Shown in pieces: positions 25,486 through 27,065 of a DNA stretch of 27,065 nt; the first letter of the stretch is position 1, and every line of letters starts with the position of its first letter. The DNA lies in assembly GCA_964510165.1 (NCBI GenBank), contig CAZEBC010000019.1:9465-36529 (forward strand), read 5' to 3'. The position numbers and the translations under genes were made by a program. The notes below the pieces were generated by a model. The model was not told the origin of the DNA and did no database searches. It saw only the letters and a list, made by a program, of their open reading frames with translations. The stretch is from an uncultured bacterium (GTDB lineage: Bacteria; Abyssobacteria; SURF-5).

Positions 25486-26483
25486 GATGTTCCCCGCGCG
25501 AACAACCTGTGCCTCAAGCCCGTCCTCAGGCGACCCCGGAACGGACTTGAGAACAGAAACCTCCACACGCGCCGATTTGCCGGATTGTTGCAAACTGCCG
25601 CAACCCAGAGCGCGAACAGGTCGGAGACTTTTCCCCATGACACCATGAAGTCGAGAAGCTGCAAGGCGCATTCGGAGCGAATATTCATGCGACTGCCCAA
25701 TCCCTTCGGAAGCCATGACCTGATCCTTGCCTCGGTCTCAGCCACCGCGCCGAGCACGATCAGGTCAGCGCCGGTCTCCTGCCGCATCCGCGCAAACTCT
25801 CTCGCAAGGTCGGCGAAGCAATTCTGCAAATGAAGCCTCTGAAACGTGATCGAGGCGCGATGATAGCGGAATCCGTGCAATCTTTCACCCAGGTTTGCGC
25901 CTTTGTATTTCTCCAAGACCCGAAACCACAAGTCATAGTCTTGCGAGTATCGGAACAACTCTCGATAACCGCCGCTTTTCTCGATGGCTTCTCTAACAAA
26001 CATGATGGAGGCGTGCGCGAATGGATTGTAAACCCAAATATCCTCTCTAATCGCTTCGTCCGAACAGGGGTAACCGCAAACCTTGCGCGCGCGACCGTCG
26101 CTGTCGATGTATTCACACCACGTCCCTACTAAGGCATACTCCTCGTTCGCCTCCAGAAACTCGACCTGCTTCTTAAACCGCTCCGGATAACTCACATCGT
26201 CGGCGTCCATCCGCGCGACGTATTTCCCCCGCGCCTCTCCGCAACCCTTTATCAAACAGCGCGTAAGCCCTTCATTCCTCTCATTCCTAATGATCCGGAT
26301 GCGCGGATCATCGAATTCCCTTAGTATCCCAAGAGTCCCATCGGTCGAGCCGTCATCCAGGATAATAAACTCGAAGTCCCGAAACGTCTGCGCAAGCACA
26401 CTCTCCACCGCCTGCCGCACATACCGCTCCCCATTGTACACGGCCATCACAACGCTGACTTTGGGCGCCGAGTCACTCGCCAT
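25482..26483 (-). CDS. Glycosyltransferase family 2
   Basis: Motifs VSVVMAVYNG, DDGSTDG, RMDADD and QDYDLW. GGAGG RBS before the ATG at 26483. Confidence 0.93.
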   Translation of the reverse strand: MASDSAPKVSVVMAVYNGERYVRQAVESVLAQTFRDFEFIILDDGSTDGTLGILREFDDPRIRIIRNERNEGLTRCLIKGCGEARGKYVARMDADDVSYPERFKKQVEFLEANEEYALVGTWCEYIDSDGRARKVCGYPCSDEAIREDIWVYNPFAHASIMFVREAIEKSGGYRELFRYSQDYDLWFRVLEKYKGANLGERLHGFRYHRASITFQRLHLQNCFADLAREFARMRQETGADLIVLGAVAETEARIRSWLPKGLGSRMNIRSECALQLLDFMVSWGKVSDLFALWVAAVCNNPANRRVWRFLFSSPFRGRLRTGLRHRLFARGTS

Positions 26484-26595
26484 CGCCTCCCTCATCTCCT
26501 GCCCGCGTGTCACCCGTTGGCTCCTAAATTCCGAATATTACTGATGAACCGTATCACATGAAAGACTCCTTCAGTCACAAACGGTCTTGATCTCC

Positions 26596-27065
26596 TCAAA
26601 GAGGTTTGACTCCCAGCACTCCCGCAAATAGCCCGGCAAAGTAAACCAGCCGCTTTTGCACTCGGAGATCGCACGCAGCAAACATGTTGTCGAGTTCACG
26701 AAAGGTGAATGGTCGACCAAGCCATGTACGCCATTTCTTCAATGGGGTCAGGTAGTACAACCCCATAGGACCGAATAGATGGGGAACTCCCACAAAAACG
26801 AATCCTCCCGGCTTCGTGACCTCAGCCATGCTTCTCAAAGCCTCTCGCGGATTGTCAAAGTGCTCCAGAGAAGAGCTGTTATAAACAAGATCAAAACTCT
26901 CTCCTCGAAACGGCAAATGAAAAACATCGGCCAAGACGAAGGCGGCCCGAAAATGATCGATTTTGTCTTGATCAAACAGTTGGGTATCAATATCTATCGC
27001 CACGCTCAGTTTGACTCCTCCCTGCATGCCGATAATGTGTGAAGCGTAGCCACTGCCGCATCCGA
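26596..27065 (-). CDS. Class I SAM-dependent methyltransferase, 5'-truncated by the window edge
   Basis: The frame stays open to the window end and reads GCGSGYASHIIG-MQ (SAM motif I), followed by LPF..ESFDLV, SLEHF and KPGG. Confidence 0.88.
   Translation of the reverse strand, partial: GCGSGYASHIIGMQGGVKLSVAIDIDTQLFDQDKIDHFRAAFVLADVFHLPFRGESFDLVYNSSSLEHFDNPREALRSMAEVTKPGGFVFVGVPHLFGPMGLYYLTPLKKWRTWLGRPFTFRELDNMFAACDLRVQKRLVYFAGLFAGVLGVKPL

Noticed and set aside
25486-25716. 77-aa N-terminal extension of the GT4 in the ORF track
   Set aside because: It overlaps the upstream GT2. The ATGA-coupled start at 25485 gives a typical MKKILF N-terminus.
26543-26558. CRP-like site TGTGA-N6-TCATC on the minus strand
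   Set aside because: The second half-site matches only 3 of 5 bases and I found no convincing associated promoter.

Overview
Bacterial chromosomal window (GC-rich, with several near-consensus sigma70 promoters) in two parts. The left part (1-13.7 kb, almost all minus strand) holds dtd, a CHASE2-type class III adenylate cyclase with REP-like palindromes in its leader, a monocistronic orphan lipoprotein, an HpnG/MTA-nucleosidase-like phosphorylase, a zinc-ribbon membrane protein, a four-gene operon with two TPR lipoproteins, a TIM-barrel sugar-phosphate isomerase-like gene, a secreted hypothetical protein, and an ADP-forming acyl-CoA synthetase / DRTGG protein / cyclophilin-like-fold operon. 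The right part (13.9-27 kb) holds an RmlC/SpsL-like epimerase plus an extended SDR on the plus strand. These converge on the distal end of a largely translationally coupled surface-glycan cluster with 3 GT2, 3 GT4, 2 tandem TuaH-like GTs and 3 SAM methyltransferase domains, which continues beyond the window. Best leads: a shared C-terminal coiled-coil plus 'E-x-[LI]-L-x4-[VI]-R-x-Y' tag on three otherwise divergent GT4 enzymes, one fused to a methyltransferase; a ~170-aa insertion with an HTH-like motif inside the cyclase CHASE2 domain; an SDR with YxxxN in place of YxxxK; and two REP-like families next to each other. I saw no tRNA, rRNA, CRISPR array or transposase. All calls come from reading motifs by eye; no searches were run.
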